Assembly: GCA_964547135.1 (NCBI GenBank)
Contig: CAZJMK010000011.1
Location: 2,881 to 66,880, forward strand
Origin: an uncultured Phycisphaeraceae bacterium
Lineage (GTDB): Bacteria > Planctomycetota > Phycisphaerae > Phycisphaerales > Phycisphaeraceae
Direction of reading: 5' to 3'
DNA: 64,000 nt
Positions within the stretch are counted from its first letter, which is position 1, and each line of letters opens with the position of its first letter. Made by a program: the position numbers and the translations under genes. Shown in pieces: positions 19,844 through 29,335 of the stretch. Under the pieces are notes generated by a model. The model made no database searches. It was not told where the DNA came from and saw only the letters and a program-made list of their open reading frames with translations.

Positions 19844-20557
19844 ATGCATCGCAAAGCCCTGACCCTGCTCACAGGACTGACTTTGGCATGGTTGCCCTGC
19901 ACTTTCACTTTCGCTGAAGAAGCTCCGGTCAAAGAAGCCCCCACGCTTAAGCAAAAGGAATCCGTCGAGAGCAAAGCGCCCAAAGCCGAAAAGACCCCCG
20001 CAGGCGTCCCTGTTTACTACGCAACGATTCTCAAAGAGCTTGGCCTGGAAGGCGAACAACGCGAAAAGTTCATCGCCAAGGTGCGTGAGCGCCAACAGGC
20101 GGTCAACGCCTGGAAAAAGGAAAATGACGCCAAGGTCAAGGAACTGAATCAGCAGGCCACGGATGCCAAGACCAAGGGCGATGTCGCCGGCGAATCGCAG
20201 GCGAAAAAAGAAGTCAAAACCCTCAACGATGAACTGGCGAAACTCGAAGAGGAACACACCGCACAGATTCATTCCGTGCTCACCGATGAACAACGCGCCA
20301 AGTTGACAGCTTACAACGCCTACACCGGCTTACTACGCAGCTTCGCCCGCGCTTCGATCAGCGACGATCAGAAAGCACAGATCAAACAGATCGTGTACGC
20401 CCACGCCAAGGAGTTTGGGCAATTGGCTGAAAACGATCGCAAAGGCCGACAGACGCTGCGCGAAAAAATCATCGATGAGGTGCGCCAAAACGTGCTCACC
20501 CCCGAGCAACAGGCAGCCTTGCCCTCCGCGAAGAAGCCTGCGGAAGGCAAAGAGTGA
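19844..20557 (+). CDS. secreted Spy/CpxP-like periplasmic protein (LTxxQ-repeat family)
   Basis: Signal peptide, coiled-coil, Lys/Glu-rich, repeated LTDEQRAKL / LTPEQQAAL motifs. Confidence 0.45.
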   Translation: MHRKALTLLTGLTLAWLPCTFTFAEEAPVKEAPTLKQKESVESKAPKAEKTPAGVPVYYATILKELGLEGEQREKFIAKVRERQQAVNAWKKENDAKVKELNQQATDAKTKGDVAGESQAKKEVKTLNDELAKLEEEHTAQIHSVLTDEQRAKLTAYNAYTGLLRSFARASISDDQKAQIKQIVYAHAKEFGQLAENDRKGRQTLREKIIDEVRQNVLTPEQQAALPSAKKPAEGKE

Positions 20558-20961
20558 TTGGGTGAATTGACGATGCGGTGATTTTTCAGGACGGTTTCGA
20601 ATCATACATGACGCCGAGGGCTTTAGCCCCGGATTGTTTGCATGATGAAAAGACAAACATCCGGCCCTAAAGGGCACGGCGTCAAAATCAAGCGCGAAAA
20701 AAACAGAAATCACCCAATCACCCAAGGGTTCAATGAAGAATACCCGGACCCTCGTCATTCGCTGCGCTCATGCCTCGTTCCCGGCTTGGATTCAACACCA
20801 CAACAAATCAAAATCGACTCGCCATTTTTTGTCGAATCATCAAACCCTAACCGTTTTCCAATCTTTTACCGATGCCCGGCATTGGTTGATGGACTATGGT
20901 AAAGCGTGCGGCGAGTTGGGGTGTTTTTTTGTCATCCGGGCTGATGGGAAGCGAGGGTTCC

Positions 20962-21843
20962 ATGATGAGCCGAGCGTCGGGTGTTGCTGTTGTTTCACGT
21001 CAGAATCGCTCTGCGTTCACACTGATTGAGCTGTTGGTGGTGATTTCCATCATTGCGCTATTGATTGGCATTTTGCTGCCGGTGCTGGGCAGGGCACGTG
21101 AGTCAGCTCGCACTACGCAGTGTCTGAGCAACCTCAAACAGTGGGGCATCGCGCTCAACAGCTACATCATTGACAACAATCAGACATTGCCGGGGGAGGG
21201 AGCATCTTTTGGACCTTCATCCCCAGTTCGTACATGGAATCCTGGTCGACCAAATAACGCTTGGAACAATATGTCTGAAAGTGCTTGGTACAATGCGTTA
21301 CCACGTTATGTAGATGCAGACCGATATGGGGATATTTACAACGGAACCGATGCTGTGGGCTTTTCGGGGGGCTATCGATCGAATTGGATTATGTATTGTC
21401 CTTCGAGAGTTGTACAACAAAAAAATTCCAATAGCGCACAGAATGGATGCCACTATGCTATGAACGCAACATTTAATGGATCCGGTACATCTGGCACTAC
21501 ATTGATTGAATTTACATCAATTCCGACGCTCAGTGAGTTCCGCCATTACCTACGCCTGAACCGCGTCTCTCGTCCGGAGGCCACTGTTTTTCTTGCGGAA
21601 GGTGGCAATGTACCCAATGTGAGTCCTCGCACCAATAGCATGTTGCGGGATCGTCATGGAGATGGTGCCAATGGCGGACAAGGCGGCTCCGGATACAACC
21701 TGCTGTTCATGGATGGTAACGCCCGGTTTATTCGCAACGTGGATGCCCCCGCACCAGCATCTGGAAATATTCTGATTGGACCCAACGATCCGCCTTTCCA
21801 ATACACCACGCCCCAACTGATCATCTGGGGACCGTTCTTCTAA
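20962..21843 (+). CDS. DUF1559 prepilin-type N-terminal cleavage/methylation protein (planctomycete H-X9-DG family)
   Basis: [23 protein letters not shown] class-III signal at the N-terminus. C-terminal [11 protein letters not shown] motif. The central segment (~21230-21540) is conspicuously AT-rich. Confidence 0.85.
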   Translation: MMSRASGVAVVSRQNRSAFTLIELLVVISIIALLIGILLPVLGRARESARTTQCLSNLKQWGIALNSYIIDNNQTLPGEGASFGPSSPVRTWNPGRPNNAWNNMSESAWYNALPRYVDADRYGDIYNGTDAVGFSGGYRSNWIMYCPSRVVQQKNSNSAQNGCHYAMNATFNGSGTSGTTLIEFTSIPTLSEFRHYLRLNRVSRPEATVFLAEGGNVPNVSPRTNSMLRDRHGDGANGGQGGSGYNLLFMDGNARFIRNVDAPAPASGNILIGPNDPPFQYTTPQLIIWGPFF

Positions 21844-21854
21844 AAACATTTAGC

Positions 21855-21885
21855 CCCCGGTCAATGACCGGGGGTTTGTTTTTTG
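21855..21885 (+). terminator. rho-independent terminator after the DUF1559 gene
   Basis: gcccccggtca atgaccgggggc stem followed by a T-run (tttgtttttt). Confidence 0.6.
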
Positions 21886-22171
21886 GGTCGTGGGTATAGG
21901 AGGCTGTGTGCTGATGACGCCGAGGGCTTTAGCCCCGGATGGTTTGCACATTGTCCATTATCCAATGATATTCATGGTGGGTCCGCTCGCAGACGCGCTT
22001 GACCCACCCTGCACAGCTTGGTTGCCGAGTGCCACTGGCAGCTTGTCTGCCAGTGCATTCCCACTGCAGCGCGTCATGGCAATACCATCAACGATCACAG
22101 ACGCGATCCATCGCGGCGCTCACCAAAGCGCCGACGCAAAGCGTCCGAGCCAAACAAATCCGAAATTTACG

Positions 22172-23179
22172 TCACCGGTTGGGTTTGGCGGGCAGGGTGA
22201 GGGTCAGGCCGGTGGGCAGGTTGTGCGGATTGGGGATTTTGCTTTGATTAGCGCGGTAGATGAGGTCCCACAATTCACCGTTGCCGTATTCACGTCGGGC
22301 GATGGCGTACAACGTGTCACCGGATTTCACCGTCACCGACTTGCGCGTTGCCGTTGAGGTGTTGGCACTGCCGGTGGAAACCGCCGTATTGGAACGGTGG
22401 CTGTTCCCGGCTGAGGCGCTGCCGGTGCTGTTGGAGTCATCGGGCAGACGGATGGTCATGCCGGTGCGTAAACGTTCGGGCGTCAGGCCGGGGTTGGCAG
22501 CGACGATGCGTTTCCAATGAGCACCGTTGCCCAGGTGAGCTTGCGCGATTTTCCAAAGCGTATCGCTTTCCTTGACGGTGTAACGCTTGCTGCTGGTGCG
22601 TGTGGCAGCGGCCCCCGTACTGGTCGATGCGGTGGTCGCACTGCTGGTGGAACCGGGGCGGGTGGCGGTGGTGGTTGAACTGGTCGTGGTGGTGGGGGCG
22701 GGCGGGTCCATCAAAGTGCGTTGCGGGTTGTCCCACGGATTGGCGATGCTGGTCGTGGCACTGCCGGGCAAAGCACCGGGGGTTGTACCCGAATTGAAAC
22801 CGGGGTTACCGGGGGCGGGGGCGGGCCAGTTGTTGGCGGTGATGGGTTGGGGCTGTTCGTTCACCAGGCCGGAACCGGGCAGGGTGCTGGTCAGGCCGGT
22901 GGTGGAAGTGGAACCGATGCCGGTGGTGGCGGAACCGGCTGCGGAGGGGTCGCGCAGGTAATCATCACCGGTGGCCAGGTCGTTTTCGACGGGGCCTTTT
23001 TTAATGCCGGCGATGATGCCGAAGACGGCGACCATGATCAGGGCGAGTATGCCCAGCCCGGCCACGAGAATGACCTTGGGGTTACGGGTCGAGGCGGCCT
23101 GCATCGGCGGGATGGTGACAGCCGTGGCTGAACCGCTGGTGGACGAGGAAGGGTTGATCGGCGTGGGGTTATTGGATTG
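22172..23179 (-). CDS. LysM-domain membrane protein with Ser/Thr/Pro-rich linker
   Basis: Two C-terminal LysM repeats (YTVKESDTLWKIAQ..., VTVKSGDTLYAIAR...). One TM helix (ILVAGLGILALIMVAVFGII). The track's longer start runs into intergenic repeats. Confidence 0.7.
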   Translation of the reverse strand, partial: QSNNPTPINPSSSTSGSATAVTIPPMQAASTRNPKVILVAGLGILALIMVAVFGIIAGIKKGPVENDLATGDDYLRDPSAAGSATTGIGSTSTTGLTSTLPGSGLVNEQPQPITANNWPAPAPGNPGFNSGTTPGALPGSATTSIANPWDNPQRTLMDPPAPTTTTSSTTTATRPGSTSSATTASTSTGAAATRTSSKRYTVKESDTLWKIAQAHLGNGAHWKRIVAANPGLTPERLRTGMTIRLPDDSNSTGSASAGNSHRSNTAVSTGSANTSTATRKSVTVKSGDTLYAIARREYGNGELWDLIYRANQSKIPNPHNLPTGLTLTLPAKPNR

Positions 23180-23748
23180 CATGGGTGCGACTCCCGGACC
23201 CAAAGCGGAGGTGCACACGACGCGCTTGTGGGGGGATGGTGCGAGAACTCGGCGCGGAATTGGCGCCGTTGATTCATAGATTATCGGCACAACGGCGGTT
23301 CCGGTCACAAAGATTGTGGGAAGGGGAAGAAGTGGCCCAGTGGTCGAGGGATTGTACATTTTGTGGTGTATTGATCGCATGAGTGTCTTTGTGGCCCAGC
23401 CGCCCCCGGCTGGGCGAACAACCCTTGTCAGCCCCACCGCCGAGGGCGCCCCCGGGGGCGGTGCCACATTCACAGACGTGACCAATCGCGGCGCTATGTC
23501 CATTGACGCCGAGGGCTTTAGCCCCGGTTTTCAACCGCAAACATCCGGCCCTGAAGGGCACGGCGTCATGCGCCGACGCAAAGCGTCCGCGCTAAACATT
23601 TGATACCACTCGACCACTTGACCACTTCTTCAACGCACTTGCTGGCGCTATGATTGCCTCCTAAACTTCCAACGCCGTAAAATGCCGATGAGTGTCGTAC
23701 CGTGGCTGTTTGCCCCCGATACGCCCCCTACCTTGCAGGTGCGGATGC

Positions 23749-24852
23749 ATGACCACCATGACCAGCCCCAATACTGATGTACGCCCCAGTGATTCCCTCG
23801 ACGCCCCCGCGCTGCTGGAAATCCTTCGGCAAATGATCCTCATCCGTCGCTTTGAAGAACGCACGGCCCAGAGCTACCAACAAGCCAAAATCGGCGGATT
23901 CTGTCACCTCTACATCGGACAGGAAGCTGTGGCGGTGGGGTCGATCGCTGCGCTCAAACCCGATGACCCGATCATCACCGCTTACCGGGACCACGGCCAC
24001 GCACTGGCTCGCGGAATGCACCCCAACTATTGCATGGCGGAGATGTACGGCAAACTCACCGGCTGCGCCAAGGGCAAGGGTGGGTCGATGCACATGTTCG
24101 ACGCCCCGCATCACATGTACGGCGGACACGCCATCGTCGGCGGACAAGCACCCTTGGGCGTCGGCCTGGCATTCGCCACCACGTACCTGGCCAAAGACAA
24201 CGTCACCGTCTGCTACTTCGGCGATGGGGCTTTGAATCAGGGTGCGGTGCATGAAGCGATGAACCTGGCGGCGATCTGGCGGCTGCCGATCATTTTTGTG
24301 GTGGAAAATAATCAGTACTCAATGGGCACGCACATCGCCCGCGGCACCAGCATGGCCGACGACCTGTCCGTCAAGGCAGCGGCTTACGGGATGAAGTTCG
24401 CCCGGGTGGACGGCATGGACGCCCTGGCTGTTTACGACACGTTCAAAACCCTGGCGGACGGCATGCGCGGCAGCAAAAGCAAGGCATTGGGGGCTGATGA
24501 AGACTACAGCGGCCCGGCTTTCGTCGATGCTCAGACCTATCGCTTCAAGGGCCACTCGATGAGCGACCCGCAAAAGTATCGCAGCAAAGACGAGGTCGGC
24601 CAGTATGAGGAACAGGACCCGATCAATCGTTTGGTGAACGTGCTGATCGAACGCAACATGGCGACGCAGGAACAGATTGATCAGATGGATGCGACGATCA
24701 AGAAGGAAGTGTTGGATTCGGTGCAGTTCGCGGTGGACAGCCCGGAGACGCCGATGGAGGAGTTGTACACGGATGTTTATGTGAACCCGTATCCGCCGTT
24801 TGTGAAGGGTGATGTGCCGATGATGGTGAAGGAGGCGAGGAAGGGGGGCTAG
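23749..24852 (+). CDS. pdhA: pyruvate dehydrogenase E1 alpha subunit (TPP-dependent)
   Basis: E1-alpha motifs (YRDHGHALARG, GDGALNQGAVHEAMNLAAIW). The stop codon lies inside the left inverted repeat of the downstream element. Confidence 0.9.
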   Translation: MTTMTSPNTDVRPSDSLDAPALLEILRQMILIRRFEERTAQSYQQAKIGGFCHLYIGQEAVAVGSIAALKPDDPIITAYRDHGHALARGMHPNYCMAEMYGKLTGCAKGKGGSMHMFDAPHHMYGGHAIVGGQAPLGVGLAFATTYLAKDNVTVCYFGDGALNQGAVHEAMNLAAIWRLPIIFVVENNQYSMGTHIARGTSMADDLSVKAAAYGMKFARVDGMDALAVYDTFKTLADGMRGSKSKALGADEDYSGPAFVDAQTYRFKGHSMSDPQKYRSKDEVGQYEEQDPINRLVNVLIERNMATQEQIDQMDATIKKEVLDSVQFAVDSPETPMEELYTDVYVNPYPPFVKGDVPMMVKEARKGG

Positions 24853-25352
24853 GGGCTGGGAGTTGGGAACTAGGGGCTGGGCAGATTGTGATAATGGCGT
24901 CGGCAATCGGTTGAGGAGTTACAACCGTGAACAAACGGGCATACCGGGGGCTGGAGGCTTGGCAAAAGGGCGTGGATTTGGTGGAGGAGGTTTACCGGAT
25001 CACGCAATCATTGCCCAAAGATGAGCAGTTCGGTTTATGCGGTCAGATGCGTCGCTCGGTTGTGTCGATACCCGCAAATATTGCGGAGGGTTATGGAAGA
25101 ATTCACTCAGGCGATTATTTACGATATTTGTCCATCGCCCGTGGTTCGCTGATGGAACTGGAAACCCATCTGATCATCGCGGTGCGATTGAAATTAGTGC
25201 CGCGGGACGGTGCAAAGGAACTTTGGAAACACACCCAGGATGTCGGCAAGTTATTATCGGGATTGATACGTTCCACCAAACAGGATATTTCGAATCAAGC
25301 ATAATCGACCCATAACCCCCCCCAGCCCCTAGCTCCAAGCCCCTAGCCCCCC
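24844..25352. mobile_element. MITE-like element bounded by ~38-bp inverted repeats and carrying a four-helix-bundle gene
   Basis: Left IR GGGGGGCTAGGGGCTGGGAGTTGGGAACTAGGGGCTGGG (24844-24882). Right IR is its reverse complement, CCCAGCCCCTAGCTCCAAGCCCCTAGCCCCCCAG (25316-25352). The same IR family forms gene-less elements at 716-804, 41328-41449 and 57130-57220. Confidence 0.7.
24927..25304 (+). CDS. four-helix-bundle protein (TIGR02436 / 23S rRNA intervening-sequence protein family)
   Basis: 125 aa with the characteristic conserved helices (EAWQKGVDLV, SIPANIAEGYGR, YLSIARGSLMELETHL). Confidence 0.8.
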   Translation: MNKRAYRGLEAWQKGVDLVEEVYRITQSLPKDEQFGLCGQMRRSVVSIPANIAEGYGRIHSGDYLRYLSIARGSLMELETHLIIAVRLKLVPRDGAKELWKHTQDVGKLLSGLIRSTKQDISNQA

Positions 25353-25362
25353 AGTTACCAAC

Positions 25363-26400
25363 ATGCGAAACATTCAGTTTAGAGAAGCGTTGAACGAAGC
25401 GATGGTCGAGGAAATGCTCCGCGATGAGCGGGTGTTTCTGATGGGCGAGGAAGTCGCCTATTACAACGGGGCGTACAAGGTGTCGCAGGGCATGCTTGAA
25501 CGTTTCGGACCCCGCCGCGTGGTCGATACCCCGATCAGTGAAACCGGGTTTGCCGGGCTGGGCATCGGGGCCGCCATGTACGGCCTGCGACCGATCATCG
25601 AATTCATGAGCTGGTCGTTCTGCCTCGTGGCTGCCGATCAAATCATCAACAATGCCCCCAAAATGTTGTATATGTCCGGCGGGCAATTCAAAGTGCCCAT
25701 CGTCTTCCGTGGCAACAACGGGGCGGGCGGGCAGCTTGGTTCGACGCATTCATGGTGTGTCGAGGCACTGTTTTCGAATGTGCCGGGGTTGAAGATGGCG
25801 ATACCCTCAACGCCGCGTGATGCCAAGGGGTTGCTCAAGTCAGCCATCCGCGAGGACGACCCGGTTTTCTTTTTGGAATCGGAACGCATGCTGGGCATGG
25901 GGGCACGCGGCGACAAGGATTTTTCCAAGTATTTGCATGGCGATAAATGGGCACCACCGACGCTGGAGGAGGATTCCGATTTCACGCTGCCTTTCGGACA
26001 GGCGGAAATCAAAAAAGAGGGCAGCGATTGCACCATCGTGGCGTTTGGTCGTGCGGTTCACTTTGCCATGGAAGCGGCGGAAAAATTGGAAGCCGAGGGT
26101 ATCGATGTTGAAATCGTGGACCCGCGCACGATTCGCCCGTTGGATATGGACACGATCGTGCAGAGCATTCGCAAGACCAACTATTGCGTGATTGTCGATC
26201 AAAGCTGGCCGTTCGCCTCGGTCGCCAGTGAGGTGGCCTGTCAGGTGTACGAAAAGGCGATGGACGATTTGGACAATCAGGTGATTCGCGTCAATGCGGA
26301 TGATATTGCAGCACCGTATGCACGCAATTTGGAACAGGCGATGCTGCCCCATGCGGGGAAGATTGTCGCCGCGGTGAAAAAGGCGACGTATAACGAGTGA
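25363..26400 (+). CDS. pdhB: pyruvate dehydrogenase E1 beta subunit
   Basis: Transketolase-like pyrimidine-binding and C-terminal domains (VVDTPISETGFAGLGIGAAMYGLRPIIEFM). Confidence 0.9.
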   Translation: MRNIQFREALNEAMVEEMLRDERVFLMGEEVAYYNGAYKVSQGMLERFGPRRVVDTPISETGFAGLGIGAAMYGLRPIIEFMSWSFCLVAADQIINNAPKMLYMSGGQFKVPIVFRGNNGAGGQLGSTHSWCVEALFSNVPGLKMAIPSTPRDAKGLLKSAIREDDPVFFLESERMLGMGARGDKDFSKYLHGDKWAPPTLEEDSDFTLPFGQAEIKKEGSDCTIVAFGRAVHFAMEAAEKLEAEGIDVEIVDPRTIRPLDMDTIVQSIRKTNYCVIVDQSWPFASVASEVACQVYEKAMDDLDNQVIRVNADDIAAPYARNLEQAMLPHAGKIVAAVKKATYNE

Positions 26401-26604
26401 AGAAGTGGCCGGGTGGTCAAGTGACGGAATCGTGTACGGTAGTTAGCGCCGCGATTGATCGCGTCTGATCGAAGTGGTGAATCGGTTAATCGGTGAGTCG
26501 GTTAATCGGCAAAATTATTTCTATTTCTGACCGATTAACCAATTATCCGTTTCACCGATAAACCACTACTTGACCATTTCCCCATTTGCCCGCAAACTTC
26601 CCCC

Positions 26605-27360
26605 ATGGCCACCGCCATCATCAGTGACATTCACGGCAACCTCGAAGCCCTGACCACCGTGCTGGCCGACATCGACCGACGCGGCATCAGTGAAATCATC
26701 TGCCTAGGCGACATTCTCGGCTACGGCCCCAACCCCTGCGAATGCCTGGACATCGTCATCCAGCGGGCAAGCTGGTCACTCATGGGCAACCACGACTTTG
26801 CCGTGCTGTATGAGCCGACCAGCTTCAACGCCAGTGCCGAGACCAGCGCCTACTGGACCCGCTGGCAACTCGACAACGAAAAAGACCCGGCCAGGCTGCG
26901 TCAGCGCTATGAATTTCTGGGCAACCTGAAAGTGCGTGTGCGTCAGCGCGGGGCCTTGTGGGTTCATGCCTCGCCGCGTCGTCCGATCAACGAGTACATC
27001 TTCCCCGATGATGTGGTCACCGCTCCGACCAAAATGCAGCAGATTTTTGATCGCTTTGAAAAGGTCTGTTTCGTCGGTCATACGCATATTGCCGGGGTGT
27101 TCACCGATGAACCCGACTTTTATCCTCCGCAGGACTTGGGCGGCAGCTACAGCTTCAACGACCGTGAAAAATGCGTCATCAACCCCGGTTCCGTCGGTCA
27201 GCCACGCGATCGTGACCCCCGCGCTGCCTACGGCATACTCACCGATGACAAGTTCGAGTTCGTCCGCCTGGAATATGATGTGCAGGCCGTCATCGACAAA
27301 GTGAAAAACATTTCCGAATTGTCCGACTTTTTGGGGTTGCGCTTGATCGAAGGACGGTGA
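26605..27360 (+). CDS. calcineurin-like metallophosphoesterase
   Basis: IISDIHGN, GDILGYGP, GNHD motifs. Confidence 0.8.
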   Translation: MATAIISDIHGNLEALTTVLADIDRRGISEIICLGDILGYGPNPCECLDIVIQRASWSLMGNHDFAVLYEPTSFNASAETSAYWTRWQLDNEKDPARLRQRYEFLGNLKVRVRQRGALWVHASPRRPINEYIFPDDVVTAPTKMQQIFDRFEKVCFVGHTHIAGVFTDEPDFYPPQDLGGSYSFNDREKCVINPGSVGQPRDRDPRAAYGILTDDKFEFVRLEYDVQAVIDKVKNISELSDFLGLRLIEGR

Positions 27361-27637
27361 AAAATTTCGAATTGCGGATTTCGAATTTCGAATTTACCAA
27401 GCCAAGAACGAGGCTGGCAGGCCGAGGGCTTGGGTATTTGGGGAAGTGGTTCTGGTTAGCGCCGCGATTGATCGCGTCGGATGCCACTGGCAGGCAAGCT
27501 GCCCATGGCACACGCACCTATGACGCCGTGCCCTTCAGGGCCGGATGGTTTGATTCATCATCCAATGAAAACGATCCGGGGCTAAAGCCCTCGGCGTCGA
27601 ACGTGGGGTTGTCCTCGGCGGCTTATCACTCCAGCCA

Positions 27638-28972
27638 TCACGCCGGCTGCAACTGTCCCTCGTCCGTCGGCACCTGTTCCAGTTCCAGCGGCGGGTTCAA
27701 CTCCACCTGCGTTTCCACCACACGAATGCGTTCCACGTGGCAACAGGTACACGTGCCCAACAGTGCGATGATGTAACCGGCTTCGATTGATTCCATGCCG
27801 ATGAAAATACTGCACACCATCATGCCGCCCAGGGCGATGCAGCAACCCGTGCCGTAAAACCTCGGCCAAACCATCCGCCTGGCAATCGGGTCCAGCGCCA
27901 ACCAAAAACATTTCCAGATCGTCACCAGATAAAAGAAAAGCAACCCACCTGCGCCGAGTAAACCATAATCCGCGCCGGTCTGCAAAAACAAATTATGCAC
28001 GCTCTTGTTGGGGGCCAATCCGTACTGATGACTGATGAGGTTGAAGCCGCGCGGTCCGACACCCAGCGGGTGATCCTTCATGCAGGCCCAGGCTGCTTTC
28101 CAAGTATCGAACCGACTCGCAGCCGAGGCATCGCGCTCGCTCTTGTCTAAAAAAATCGTCGAAAAACGCTCACGCACTTCCTCGCCCGCCAGTTGCAATG
28201 CCACGATCAAAAATACCGCCGCCAACAGCAACGTGATGCCTTTACGAGGCAGGGTGAACAGGGCGGTGAAAAAGATCGCCGCCCCGACAATGCACAACCC
28301 CAGTTGCGAACCCCGCGAAAACGACATCAGCACCACGTGAATCTGCATCAGCACCCCGGCCATGCACAACAGTTTCACCCACAAACGCTTTTCCTGAATC
28401 GCCAGAAAAAAGGTCACGGGTACGGCCATGACAAAAATCATCGCTCCGCCGTTGTTGTCGCCTCCGCCGAAGCCCTTGAGCCAGATGCGGTTGAACCCGT
28501 CAAAGTAATACTGACTGTTGAGCACCCAGGCGGCGTAACTCAGACAGGCAATGATCATCCACGCAAAGTAGCGCAATTGCGTGGCGGAGCGCACCAGCCC
28601 CAAACCGAAGGTGAACATCAGCACGATGGTGAACTGCGTGTAAAGCCATTGCAGGCTCCATTGCGTGTTGATGGCAGTGACGAACGTGGCAAACAGCCCG
28701 GCTCCGATGTACACATACAACCCGAACAAAGCCGGTATCGCCTGCCCGATGCCCCGCCAGACACCGCGACCTGAAACGAAAAAGCCGATCAGCGTCGCCA
28801 GTGCGATCATCAGGCTGTAACGCGGCACACTGCCCGACCATGACCAGAACCAAAGCTCGGCTGGGCGCAGCAGGGCGAAAATGTAATAAACCATCAGCCC
28901 GACAAACGGGTTGAGCCAGCCGTAGCCGATGCCCAACAGCGCCAGCAAATTCGTAAACAGCCAACCGATCAT
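27638..28972 (-). CDS. O-antigen ligase / polymerase-like polytopic membrane protein (Wzy_C family)
   Basis: About 10 TM helices with a large loop before the last helices. Start set at MIGWLF (28972), because the 5' 360 nt of the track ORF are intergenic repeats. Confidence 0.7.
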   Translation of the reverse strand: MIGWLFTNLLALLGIGYGWLNPFVGLMVYYIFALLRPAELWFWSWSGSVPRYSLMIALATLIGFFVSGRGVWRGIGQAIPALFGLYVYIGAGLFATFVTAINTQWSLQWLYTQFTIVLMFTFGLGLVRSATQLRYFAWMIIACLSYAAWVLNSQYYFDGFNRIWLKGFGGGDNNGGAMIFVMAVPVTFFLAIQEKRLWVKLLCMAGVLMQIHVVLMSFSRGSQLGLCIVGAAIFFTALFTLPRKGITLLLAAVFLIVALQLAGEEVRERFSTIFLDKSERDASAASRFDTWKAAWACMKDHPLGVGPRGFNLISHQYGLAPNKSVHNLFLQTGADYGLLGAGGLLFFYLVTIWKCFWLALDPIARRMVWPRFYGTGCCIALGGMMVCSIFIGMESIEAGYIIALLGTCTCCHVERIRVVETQVELNPPLELEQVPTDEGQLQPA

Positions 28973-28974
28973 GA

Positions 28975-29335
28975 GCGTTGATTCCAGAAGGTGAAACCGG
29001 ACATTGCCTGGCGGTTGTGGCCCAGCCAGCCGGGCGCCCCGGGTTGGGGTCTTGCATATCAGTTGTGGCCCAGCCGCCCCCGGCTGGGTTCGGCAGGTCG
29101 TTGTCGCCCGGCTGCTTCTCTGAAACACCGCCGAGGGCGCCCCCGGAGGTGGTGCCACGATGAATAAGGACGGCGGATACCATTCGCCGCTTTGTTGATT
29201 CACCGCAGAGAACGCCCCCGGAGGTGGTGCCATATACCCAAGTCCTCGGCTTGCCAGCCTCGTCCTTGGCTTGGTTCGGCAAATCCGAAATTCGAAATTC
29301 GAAATTCGTAAATCCCAATCACTTGGCCACTTCCT
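28975..29335. repeat. composite intergenic repeat block
   Basis: Holds two cccagccgcccccggctggg hairpins, two caccgccgagggcgcccccggaggtggtgcc hairpins, the ccaagccaaggacgagg/cctcgtccttggcttgg hairpin and an (aaattcg)n tract. Confidence 0.8.
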
